Part shown: piece after piece, positions 25,659-37,931 of the stretch
Position numbering within the stretch: position 1 is the stretch's first letter
Layout of the letters: each line of letters starts with the position of its first letter
Assembly (NCBI RefSeq): GCF_964204645.1
Contig: NC_134029.1
Coordinates: 19,152,950-19,216,949, forward strand
Origin: Tubulanus polymorphus
Lineage: Eukaryota; Animalia; Nemertea
DNA length: 64,000 nt
Reading direction: 5' to 3'
Notes under the pieces: model-generated
Database searches by the model: none
The model's input: only the letters and a program-made list of their open reading frames with translations
What the model was told of the DNA's origin: nothing
Position numbers and translations under genes: made by a program

Positions 25659-27663
25659 GTGCAAAATAGAAAAAAAAACGTGTAGTGATCAACCAGGGCC
25701 CAGTTTCACGAAGAAGTTAAAGCCTAAAACGGTTAAGTTTGAATTGTTGTCCTCATTGAAAACACGAAGTAACCAATGGCAATTAAACCAAAAATTCGAG
25801 TTCAACTTTTTTGTGAAACTGGACCCAGAGGGCTTAAAATGTTAAATCAGTTTTCTTTATGTTTTTCTATGTCTTTGACTTCAACCTCTAATGTGAAAGC
25901 ATGAATTTTGTATACCTATATGAGTAATTGTAATTTATTGAAACTGCATGAGCCCGATTAGATATCGAAAAGGCTGAAAAAATGACCGCGTTGTGCTTTA
26001 AAGCCAAATGAATGGGAGGAAACAAAGACAACAAACAATCACAAAATTAAAATGTCATTCATTCTGCTGCATAGATAGTAGACGAAAAAGTTGTACGTAC
26101 CGATCAGTTGTCGAATGGGTATTGCAAGGCTTCAGCATAATCAGGTTTGAAGGGTGAACTTTCAGAATCAGATCGGAACCGGACGCTATGGCTTTGAAAA
26201 ATTGCATGCAAATAAATTCACTGTTTTGAGAAGAATTTCATATTTCGATTCTGTGGTTTGCATTTACGCAATCTTGGCTGCTGCGTATACGATCAACGTT
26301 CTTCAAGTTGAGGCCTTAGATTGAAATACCGCCTATGCCTTAGCCGCAATTCGTGTATTTTATATTTTAGATTTTTTGATTAGATAAATTCTCGATTTTA
26401 AAATTCTTTTTATTTTGTATATAGTGGGTTTTCATCTTATTATCCGTTCACCGCGTTGAGTGTGGTTATTGTACTATCTCAATGAGATAATTTCTCAAAT
26501 GTGTCCGTAAATACTCGCTTCCCCTGTGCTGTGCCGCATATCGATCACAAATCGCTCAAAAGACGATTATCAACGAATCTTTCTTCTCAGGTTTTCATGA
26601 CACGTGATTCGATCAAAATAGGATATCATCTGTTTATGGCGTAAAAATGGAATAACAATGAGAACTTTATCCCCGCGGAAAGGAATAAATGCGCCCTATA
26701 GTTAGACTGGTTGCCTGTCTAATTTAATATGCAGATAGAGACCGGTAACCAGTCTACCCTATAGTATAGACCTTTTTATGAACCAGCAAAATCGAAATAG
26801 ATTAGCTATTTAGATTATATAGCCGATTAGTGTCAATTAGCATAACCGGGTATGTTGGTTGATAAAAACGCCAGGTAGAAATTATTCACTTATGGCCTAC
26901 TCAGCAGCGACTTCTACCGAGAACACCATTTCGGTTGGATTAGATAATCGGCATACTTGCTCGCCGAGCGAGTATGCTGGTATGCTAATCGATTATGATA
27001 ACCAATGTTCATAAAAATGACGGATTATGACATAATCCATGCTCATAAAAACGTTTTGCATACTCGAATATACTAATCGAGTGTTCATAAAAAGGCCTTT
27101 AAATCGTTAGGCTGAGTGAAGTTGTGGTCACTGTTGCGCGTAATACAAACTGCACACACGAGCGAGGACTGCCGAGCCGAGTTCTTCATTCATCAAAACT
27201 TCACTGGTAACGTTTACACGAAACACGGCCCGATGATATCGAAAAGTATCTCGCATGGAACATCTACGAGCAGTAAGTACATATTATCTTCAAATTTCAT
27301 CAATACGCACCTACAGTACACCACACGGTACTCATCTATAAATGAAACAAAATTTTTATCGGTTTATATTTTGTTACTTCGATTTGCTTTTGCACGTCGA
27401 ACTCAAAAACTCTCATCAAACAGTCAAACTCTTTCAGTAAAACTGTTTGATTGTTTTCTATTGGATTGATGTGCGATTTGTTATTCAAAATATGATACGC
27501 TATTCGTAAGGCCCGTGTTAAATAAGACCCGCCTAAATGATTTCATTCAATACTTCTCTTATAAATTCGCTGTAAAATTCCGTTAAAATGCTATTGATTC
27601 AAGATGTTTACATGATATTATGATGTATGGCTTTGGATAGGCAAGATTTGTTCTTAAAATCTC

Positions 27664-28790
27664 TTTATTTCATTTTTGTTCGCAGGTTCGCGGTATTACT
27701 TCATAGCCTATAAGCGCGCGGTACATTTAATGCTTCAACAAACTTAGACAAACTCAGGGACGTAAGCAAGTAACACAATTCAGACGCGACCTTTAGGACA
27801 CTGTTCGACAACAACTAGAATCACTGATCCGGAAAGAGAACAAACAACTGACCTAGGCCTATAATGTTTCAACTCAACTCAACTGATCCAGTATGGTGGG
27901 TATAGAAACCATTCATGCATACTTCGGCTCATCTCAAAATGGTTATTTCTGGTCACGCGCATTTTATTTCCGCCTATAAGCGCGCGGTACATTTAATGCT
28001 TCAACAAACTTAGACAAACTCAGGGACGTAAGCAAGTAACACAATTCAGACGCGACCTTTAGGACACTGTTCGACAACAACTAGAATCACTGATCCGGAA
28101 AGAGAACAAACAACTGACCTAGGCCTATAATGTTTCAACTCAACTCAACTGATCCAGTATGGTGGGTATAGAAACCATTCATGCATACTTCGGCTCATCT
28201 CAAAATGGTTATTTCTGGTCACGCGCATTTTATTTCATTTTTGTGTGCAGGTGCGCGGTATTACTTCATGCCAGCGTGGTATATTCCATGCTTCAATGAA
28301 CTTTTATAAACTCAGTGACGTTAAGCAAGTATAATTGAACAAAATACAGACTTTGAGGACAATGTTCTACAACAATTACGTGTAGAATGTTCCCAACGAA
28401 ACTACTGATCCAAAAAGAGAGCAACTGAGCTATGAAATATTTCAACTCAACTCTTCTCAACTGATCCAGTATGGTGAGTATAGAAACCATTTGTATTTAC
28501 TTTGGCTCATTTTGAAATGGTTATTTCTTTGGTGACGCACAAACTTAAAGTCTCCTTCATTTTTGTTCGCAGGTTCGTGGTATTATTTCATATGAGCGCG
28601 GTACATGGTTCCATGCTTCTACGAAGCAAGTCTAATCGAACAAAATTTGGAACACGACTTTGAACACACTGTTCGACAACAACTAGAATTTTCCCAACAA
28701 AACTACTGTGATCCAAGAAGAGAACAACTGAGCTATAACTCAACTTATCCAGTATGGTGAGTATAGAAAACATTTGTATTTTCTTCGGTG
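27664..28790 (+). repeat. Tandem array of ~270-320-bp units (4 copies; the first two essentially identical, period 266 bp)
   Basis: 27706-27970 is repeated at 27972-28236; more diverged copies follow. Confidence 0.9.
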
Positions 28791-28949
28791 TTATCATATC
28801 ACGGATTCGCAGAATATTCCGAAGGCTGCCAGTTACTACCTGAAGCAGCAGTCACTAGTTGGGAAAAGGATCAGCACCAGGGCAAACATCGGTTAGCGAA
28901 GTTTGTCGACTCTTTGCGAACTCAATATAGAACTGAACTAGAACTGAAC

Positions 28950-31900
28950 ATAGGGCTAGACTGTCCTGCACGGGTCCCTATCGGGATAAGTCGGCTAAAG
29001 TTTGTGAACACCAGTCACATACCTTCTCAGTGAGTTAGTAAATGCGGACCCTTTTCTGGTCGGGACACGGACGATATCATTTGTGCTACTTCCTCAAGAT
29101 TTTTAAAGCATTGTATGCGTTTAAATTCTTTACCAGCATAGCCAGACACTTGAACCGATGTATGCTTCTCTTTTTGTAACCAGAAAACACGTATGAAGTG
29201 TTTTAAGGCAACACGTCTCAGAGCTGTATCAGGAATCTAAGCCCACAGCCTAACCCCTTTTAACTGTTCAGGTCGGATATCATTTATGCTACTTCTGAAT
29301 ATTATTGGAGGCATTTGATGCATTTGAATTGTATGCTTGTTTTTTTGTAGTTAGTACATTCGGACCCTTTTTACTGTTCAGGCCATGGCCCATATTATTT
29401 GTGCTACTTGTGTAAGATTTAAAAAGGCATTTAAAGCGTTTAAATTCTTTACCAGCATAGCCAGATACTTGAACCGATGTATGCTTCTCTTTTTGTAGCC
29501 AGAAAACACATATGAAGTGTTTTAAGGCAATGCGTTTATCAGAGCTGTATCGGGAATCTCAGCCCACAGCCTGAAACCCTTCATGGCCACTAACTTGACT
29601 GCTTGCTTCCAGGCTCTAGCTTGATGTATTTCGGCAGAGGCTCCGCCGGTGCGAATCAGATACTAGTCCAGGGTTCACACGATTATCATCGGAAGGTTAG
29701 GAGAGAGGGCTAGGCTGTCCTTCACGGGTCCCTATCGGGAGAAGTCGGCTAGAGTTTGTGAACACCAGTCACATACCTCAGTGAGTTAGTAAATTCGGAC
29801 CCTTTTACTGTGCGGGCCATGGACCATATTATTGGTGCTACTTGTAAGATTTTAAAAGGCAATTGATGCGTTTAAATTTTTTACGAGCATAGCCAGCAAC
29901 TTGAACCCATGTATGCTCCTCTTCTTGTAGCCAGAAAACACATGGGAAGTGTTTTAAGGCAGCGCGTCTATCAGAGCTGTATCGGGAATCTAAGCCCACA
30001 GCCTGAAACATTTTAACTGTTCAGGTCAGAAATCATTTATGCTACTTCTGAATATTATTGGAGGTATTCGATGCATTTAAATTGTATGCTTGTTTTTCTT
30101 ATAGTTAATAAATTCGGAACCTTTTTACTGTTCGGGCCATGGACCATATTATTTGTGCTACTTGTGTAAGATTTAAAATAGCATTTAATGCGTTTAAATT
30201 CTTTACCAGCATAGCCAGCAACTTGAACCGATGTATGCTTCTCTTTTTGTAGCCAGAAAACACATAGGCCCCTATGAAGTGTTATAAGGCGACACGTCTC
30301 AGAGCTCTATCAGGAATCTAAGCCCACAGCCTAAAACCCTTCATGGCCACTTACTTGACTGCTTGCTTCCAGGCTCTAGCTTGATATATTCCGACAGAGG
30401 CTCCGCCGGTGCGAATCAGATACTAGTCCAGGGTTCACACGATTATCATCGGTAGGTTAGGAGAGCGGGCTAGGCTGTCCTGCACGGGTCCCTATCGGGA
30501 TAAGTCGGCTAAAGTTTGTGAACACCAGTCACATACCTCAGTGAATCATTAAATTCGGAACCCTTTTTACTGTTCGGGCCATGGACCATATTATTTGTGC
30601 TTCTTGTAAGATTTTAAAAGGCATTTGATGCATTTAAATTCTTTACCAGCATAGTCAGCAACTTAAACCGATGTATGCTTCTCTTTTTGTTGCCAGAAAA
30701 CACATATGAAGTGTTTTAAGACAACGCGTCTATCAGAGCTGTATCCGGAATCTAAGCCCACAGCCTGAAACATTTTAACTGTTCAGGTCAGATATCATTT
30801 ATGCTACTTCTGAATATTATTGGAGGCATTTGATGCATTTGAATTGTATGCTTGTTTTTTTGTAGTTAGTAAATTCAACCCTTTTTACTGTTCGGGCCAT
30901 GGACCATATTATTTGTGCTACTTGTGTAAGATTTAAAAAAAGGCATTTAATGCGTTTAAATTCTTTACCAGCATAGTCAGATACTTGAACGGATGTATGC
31001 TTCTCTTTTTGTAGCCAGAAAACACATATGAAGTGTTTTAAGGCAGCGCCTCTTTCAGAGCTGTATCGGGAATCTCAGCCCACAGCCTGAAACCCTTTAT
31101 GGTCACTAACTTGACTGCTTGCTTCCAGGCTCTAGCTTGATGTATTTCGGCAGAGGCTCCGCCGGTGCGAATCAGATACTAGTCCAGGGTTTACACGATT
31201 ATCATCGGTAGGTTAGGAGAGAGGGCTAGGCTGTCCTGCACGGGTCCCTATCGGGATAAGTCGGCTAAAGTTTGTGAACACCAGACACATACCTCCTCAG
31301 TGAGTTAGTAAATTCGGACCCTTTTCACTGGTCGGGACACGGACCATATCATTTGTGCTACTTGCTTAAGATTTTTAAAGCATTGGATGCGTTTAAATTC
31401 TTTACCAGCATAGCCAGCAACTTGAACCGATGTATGCTTCTCTTTTTGTAGCCAGAAAACACGTATGAAGTGTTTTAAGGCAATGTGTTTATCAGAGCTG
31501 TATCGGGAATCTCAGCCCACAGCCTGAAACCTTTTAACAGTTCAGGTCAGATATCCTTTATGCTACTTCTGAATATTATTGGAGGCATTTGATGCATTTG
31601 AATTGTATGCTTGTTTTTTTTGTAGTTAGTAAATTCGGACCCTTTTTACTGTTAGGGCCTTGGACCAAATTTTTTGTGGTACTTGTGTAAGATGTAAAAG
31701 CATTTAATGTGTTTAAATTCTTTACTAGCATAACCAGCAACTTGAACCAATGTATGCTTCTCTTTTTGTAGCCAGAAAACACATATGAAGTTTTTAAGAG
31801 AACGCCCACAGCCTGTGACCTTTTTACTGTTCAGGTCACGGATCATATCATTTATGCTACTTCCCAAGATTTTTTAAGGCATTTGATGCGTTTATATTGT

Positions 31901-31980
31901 ATGTTTCTATTTATGTAGTTTAAGACCCTTTTTACAATTCGGGTCAAGGATCTTATTATTTCTGCTATTTGTGTAAGCCT
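28950..31980 (+). repeat. Complex satellite with a ~760-bp higher-order unit built from ~100-330-bp subrepeats
   Basis: GCTTGCTTCCAG|GCTCTAGC recurs with the junction at 29613, 30373 and 31129. TATGCTTCTCTTTTTGTAGCCAGAAAACAC recurs ~8 times. Confidence 0.92.
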
Positions 31981-32159
31981 TCCAAAACCTGAAACCCTTT
32001 TGTGAAGGGCTGTCACATTTCTCTCCAAAAGTTATTGCATTTGTTTCCTTTTTTACCATTTAACACATTTGAAGCATAAAACACAGAAATTTGTTTCGGA
32101 ATCAACACAGTATGAAAAGTATCATCCGCGATATAACACTTGCAAATCTCGAATATTGT

Positions 32160-32555
32160 TGTTTGGACATTAATTACATTAATCAAGTACATTATTCAAA
32201 TTGATTCAAAATAGAACCATGAAAGCCAGACCAGTCAATGAGAAAATCCGCTGTTCAATATCATAAATCGTTTGCTCTGAACTGGAAAAAGATCAAAAAT
32301 GTTATCTGTGAAGGTTTTGTGAATTTTCAGGGCACAATATAGATCTCGTGTGAAAACAGTGACGGTGCTTGGAGGACTTGACGCTGCTGATGGCAAAGGG
32401 AAAGCTCGAAGAAGCAATTGTGGAACTTGAGAAAACCACATCATTCTAAATAATGGGCCAATGGAAGCTGGGCCAATGGGAGCGAATACTGGTAATTGAG
32501 ATCATTCTGACTACTGGGTCAATGTTTAGAGTGCACAGTCTACCACTGCAACAAT
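32160..32555 (+). pseudogene. Degenerate copy of the C15orf40 last intron, last exon and 3' UTR
   Basis: Aligns by eye to 34360-34780 (GAATTTTCAGGGC...AGATCTCGTGTGAAAACAGTGA...GGAACTTGAGAAAACCACATCATTCTAAAT), with frameshifting indels. Confidence 0.85.
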
Positions 32556-32914
32556 TAACTGCACTCTAACTAGAGGTAGACCGGCAACCAGTCTAGAGTT
32601 TTGGTGGCAGCACTAGCTGGGATGACATTACGCAATGTCCCCGAACGTCATAAGGCCAGATGAATGTCATTGCTTTAATTTCTTGTAAACTTGATGGTTA
32701 CACTTGATTTGTTGGAATTCGATGCAAATGTTTTTTTTTATCCGGCAGAAATGGTTTGACATTGGAATAAAGTTTTGAATTGAAGCCCCGAGTCAAGGTC
32801 GGCGAGCGATTGAAAAGATGAATTCATAAATAAATGTTCAAGTTGAGGATTTTCGTGCCTCTGAACAAAAACTGCTGGTATACCAGGTATCTCACCGTAT
32901 CTACTAGTAGCAGA

Positions 32915-34672
32915 ATGCCTAAAGAAAATAAAACAAAAAAGGTCAGTAAAAAATAAAATAACTGAAACTGAATGACCAAAAATCAGATAATTCGAGGCAT
33001 TCGGCATTCCATATAGCAAGGCCGGTTCGGGTTGGCTTGGCCTACCTTACCTTGAAATCATCAATTATTATTATATTTATGGAAAAACCCTAGTCTAGTA
33101 CCTAGCCGTTGTTCCTGAAACGTAACCGTAGGGAACCGTAACAACGACTGGTATTCAGACTAAGGCCAAATAAAAAAAATTAGTTGTTTATCGTCCTATT
33201 TTTCAAAAAGCTTGGGTCAGCCGGGAGGTTTTTTTTTTATTTTTTATTTTAGATCGAGTGTTGTAAATGATATACGATTGATAAAATATAGCATGTTTTC
33301 CATCGACTGGAAGTGTGGCGCCACAAGCAATACAAATACAATTCAATTCATAGAACTTTATTAACTTAGATTTTAAAATCGCTCTAAATATGCTCCACAA
33401 CCGGAAATCCATGCTGTGTACGCTCCATAACCGAATATTGACTTCAATTTGTTATTCAGCGAAGGCACTTCGTCGAACGATAAATCGTTTTGTTTGCTGC
33501 TATACTGTCCTACAATCGACATGAAACGGTAGCTATGGCAAATATTTTCGATTGGAACCAAAATAGAACACAATGAAAAAAAAAAGATTGAGTCGGGTAT
33601 TTTTCGTAGGGTCAGGCGGGGACAATAAACAACTAATTTTTTTTATTTGGCCTAATAGGAAAAACCCCATGTAATCACTTTCAATACTTAAGAATATACT
33701 GAAAGTCCCCCTGATGTTGGACGTAAAAAGTGCGGTGTTCGGCGAACAACAATGGCCACCAGTCGGCCATCTTTTGATTCTGATTGTGCATGTTTTGGGC
33801 GGTATAGGCCTAGGTTTATCTTCTACTCTTTCTCGTTCTAAAAGGATGGTCAATCAGTAAAAGACTACAACGTTACTAATCAAGACTATTCAATTATTTC
33901 TCCAAAAGATGGATCGGTCGGCATTAAAATCAGAGTACTGGCAAAACCAGGAGCGAAAATCAACGCTATCACAGGTGTGTTTTTGTTCGGAACTTAACTG
34001 TCAAAAAATAGCCAAGTCATGCAATTGTGCACATTTGATATGTATATTTCCAGATTTGGATGAAGTGGTGCACTTTTTTTTCGCTTGGATATCTGACTTC
34101 GGCCTAATATCTTTATATGACCAGAATTGTTCTCTGTTAATGTATGTAGGTATATCTGAAGAAGGCGTTGGAATTCAGATTTCAGCTCCACCAGTAGATG
34201 GAGAAGCAAATGCCGAACTGGTTAAATTCCTGTCTAAGCTACTGCAAATACGAAAGTCTGACGTATCCCTAGAAAAGGTGATTATCGTAGAAGACTTGAT
34301 TAAGCGCAGTGAACCCTCATTATAACAGGGCCCGCAAAGGATTAACTCCTAAATTATTGATTCAACATTGATTATGGTGAATTAACAAAGCACACATGTA
34401 TTCAAATTGATTTAAAATTCAACCCGAAGCCCTGCCCAGTGTCTGAGAAAATCTGTTTATCGATATCATATCCGATTGTTTGCTATAAAAATTTGGTATG
34501 CGTTTCACCGCAGCCTGAGTTTCTGAAAAGTAGATCAAACATTGTTCAACCGTCTTATCTGAAAAAGATGAATTTTCAGGGCTCCAGATCTCGTGTGAAA
34601 ACAGTGATGGTGACAGGGGACTTGACCGCAGCTGACGTCAAAAGAAAGCTTGAAGAAGCGATTGGAACTTGA
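32915..34672 (+). CDS. C15orf40: UPF0235 (DUF167/YggU family) protein, C15orf40 homolog, ~125 aa
   Basis: Exons 32915-32941, 33845-33974, 34150-34277 and 34580-34672 total 378 nt in phase. Motifs: [51 protein letters not shown]. Confidence 0.9.
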
Positions 34673-35173
34673 GAAAACCACATCATTCTAAATGCTAGGA
34701 CAATGGCAGTGAAAACTGTACTCAAAGGAAACCAGATCACTCTGAATACTGGGCCAATGTAAAGAGTGCAGTCTGCTGCTGTATATATTTTGTTTGCATG
34801 ACATATGCACAAGTAATGCATGACATCACATTCGTGCCTGGAGAAGTATGATTGCGGTTCCACATCGGGAATGATTTCAGCGACATGTTCCTTTTCCTTG
34901 ACATAAAATGCTTCAAATCTTCATGCGTTCCATCTTTAATCTTCTTCCGTGATGGGAAGATTCAGTCTAAAAATTGATTCCTCACTCATACTGCTTTAAA
35001 AGAATGCATGAGTATAGGATCCAATTCCAGTTTTGAGAGGACAAATGCTTCAATGTCAATACAAAATTCCTAATTTTCTAGTACACTTTTATTATCATGA
35101 AATACATGTACGTATTATGTGAAAAATCATAAATATATGCCTGAGTAAATCACAGAAATTACTAAGTATCATT

Positions 35174-36040
35174 CTATTTCGCAGTTTTTAGAGGCTCAGA
35201 ACATATTCGAATGAAATCTTCCAGCAATTCTCGGTATTCCTGCGGGTACTTTCGGAAATGGGCGGCGTGATGCGAATCGGGCCAGCATTTCTGGACGACG
35301 GTCAACCCGAATTCGTTTCTCCATTTCGAAACGATGTCGTTCACCGTATCGGGACAGCACATCGGATCGGCTAACGAATGAAAAAACAAACTCGGCGCGT
35401 TCACCGGCCGATCGACGAAATAATCGATACTCTCGTCATAGAATCTCACTGTCACGTGTTTCGTCGCGGCGAAATACGCCGACGCCGCCGATTCGATCGC
35501 TTTCCGAACGAGATAATTCCCGGAAACGGACACGGCGATTCCGCGGCCCATTTTCTCTAAACCGCCGGCCGTAACGCTGTCGAAAACCTGGCCGTAAATC
35601 TGCGCGAGCAGCGGTCGAAATTCCGCCCGTCGCAACATCTCCATTCGCATGACCGTGTATAAAAACGATCCGATCGAAAACGAATGAACGAAGATCGGCG
35701 TCCCGTGGTGTTCGGATTTAACGTATTCTATTGTTTCGTTGACGAACGGAACCGCGGTTTTCGGCAATAGGAAATGTTTTGCATTGCCCGCGACGGTCAA
35801 CGTGTCGAATCCGTTGTCGCGATATATTTCGCAATATCGCTCGACGATTTTCGCCGGCGCGTTCAACCACGGCATGAACAGCGCCAACGGCGATCGCTTA
35901 TCGTTTCGGTCCTTGTCGATTTTTCGTAAAGTCATGAATGGTGAGATTTCGGTCGTAGTGACGGACGAGCTGATACCGCGGGCCAGCATCGAATTGAATA
36001 TTCGGACACGAGTAGCAGAACGTATTACTCTAGTAGCCAT
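35174..36040 (-). CDS. TMEM53/DUF829-like alpha/beta-hydrolase-fold protein, single coding exon
   Basis: 288-aa ORF with HSFSIG, FDS, PSLFFHSLADPMC and WPDSHHAAHFRKYPQEY motifs typical of DUF829. A splice acceptor sits at 36048-36050, 7 nt upstream of the ATG. Confidence 0.85.
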   Translation of the reverse strand: MATRVIRSATRVRIFNSMLARGISSSVTTTEISPFMTLRKIDKDRNDKRSPLALFMPWLNAPAKIVERYCEIYRDNGFDTLTVAGNAKHFLLPKTAVPFVNETIEYVKSEHHGTPIFVHSFSIGSFLYTVMRMEMLRRAEFRPLLAQIYGQVFDSVTAGGLEKMGRGIAVSVSGNYLVRKAIESAASAYFAATKHVTVRFYDESIDYFVDRPVNAPSLFFHSLADPMCCPDTVNDIVSKWRNEFGLTVVQKCWPDSHHAAHFRKYPQEYRELLEDFIRICSEPLKTAK

Positions 36041-37931
36041 TTTAAGTCTGAAAAATTATGGAAACAAGTGAAAGCACGGCTCAGAATTGAACAAAGCAAA
36101 ATTGTATTTCGTACAAAACTTTAATTTGAATACAGTGGAACCCCCTCGTTACTGCGAACTTCACAAGACCAGGAAATGCGTTCTTCATAACTGATGGTTT
36201 GTTATCTCCTTGGGATGAAATTCTATATTTGTTATATCCGATGAATTGTATCCGAGTTCATTAAAACGAGGTTCCACTGTTATTAAGGTAGAGGCCATTT
36301 AGTTAGGATCATTTACAACCAACGAAATTCAATCCGTTAAATGAGAAATCCAGAATACCGTAATCCAGATTAAACTGAAACGGCTTCAGTTTGACTGTAT
36401 TTTCTTGAAAATCATACTTGTTTCGTTCTTAGAGAAAAATAATCTTCCACATGAAAAATGTCTTAACGCTGAACATTTTAGGCCCATTTTCATTAAAAAA
36501 AAGTTATTCATTAACAATTTCTGAGCCGAATTAGAGTTGACCCTTATCGCATTCATAGGGAACCATTTTCAATTTTTAGAATGCAATTCAATCAATCTTT
36601 ATTCTTTTTAAATCAAGTATGATGCAGGGTCCCTACAGATCAGTCATTCCAAAATATATGGAGTTTTTTAAGGGAAAAACTTGTCTGCATCACCAATACC
36701 CCAATTACTGTGGATTCCTCTTAAATCAGTACTATTGATCTTAATAAACCATTAATTTAGTGGTTTCTGTTTCAAATTTTATGCTTTACACTACTAAACT
36801 CGGTTTCTAATTCCGTAACTGGCTAATTGGAAAAGAAAAGTTCCTGGTCTGTACAAATATTTTTAGAATTTAAGGCATTTTGCTCACATTAAAGAGTTTC
36901 AAGCGCCTTTAAAAGTATTTTCAGTTTCAGAGTTTTTGAGGAATCAAGGAGTTGTAGGGACCGGCTACATGGATCTCAGACTAGGACAGCCACATAACTT
37001 GTCGGGAACTTATAACCTACAGTAGGCTTACATCTATCAATCTACAATAGCTACATTTCAGTACAAACCCTATAATTGCAGGCTTCTTAAAACAGTTATT
37101 GGCATTGTGTCAACCTGGATTTATGAATTGACATAGCAGTACATGTACCAGGAAAAACAACAACAGTAACAGTGTAAGTTTATGAAAATGCAACGTATGA
37201 ACTGGAGTGCTGAAATGAATAAATAGCATAAGCTTACACTGGTAGCAAACTGCAGTAAACCTCCCCTAACTCAGACAAATTGCTACAAGTTAGTCAAAAG
37301 TCTGCTTTGGACGTGTCTGAGTTAGACGAGGTTTATTGTAATCAGAAAATTGAATTAATTTCACAATTCATCTCTCATAACCAAAAACTAATGCATACAT
37401 GTACAAAATATACCAGTAGTTATCCTTTTTAGAACGCTAAATTAGTTTACAAGAACTTCAAGAATAGCTCTATTACGATATACTTGCAGCAGAACCTACA
37501 AAAAAACACCTACTGAAAACTGAACATTCGACATGTTTACAATATAGTGATTTTCCAATGACCTGGATATGAATTTGTTTGAACGAGTGACAATCTACTC
37601 TGGCATGAATTAGTTAGTAAATCATTTACTTAACAGGCATTTTCGAGAATAACTCCATTATATACGCAGTATTTTCAGAAAAAGATTTATCAATAGCACA
37701 GACGAAAATCCACGCTGTTGAACTTTCAGTGAACTATCAAGGTCTGATGCCACACAAGTTTTAGTGAACTCATTGACACAAAACTATAGGTTGATTAACA
37801 ATCATTTCACGATGGAAGAAATGACAAGAATAAGTTATTGAAAGCTGTTTTAGAAAAAGGTTGCACTTCATTAAGTCCTGTCGCGCAAATCGACAAACTG
37901 TTCGAAAATTATCACACGACGGTTATCTCGT

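Noticed and set aside
29700-29760. HDV-like ribozyme in the satellite (GGGCTAGGCTGTCCTKCACGGGTCCC)
   Set aside because: P1/P3-like pairings exist, but I could not build P2, P1.1 or the catalytic J4/2.
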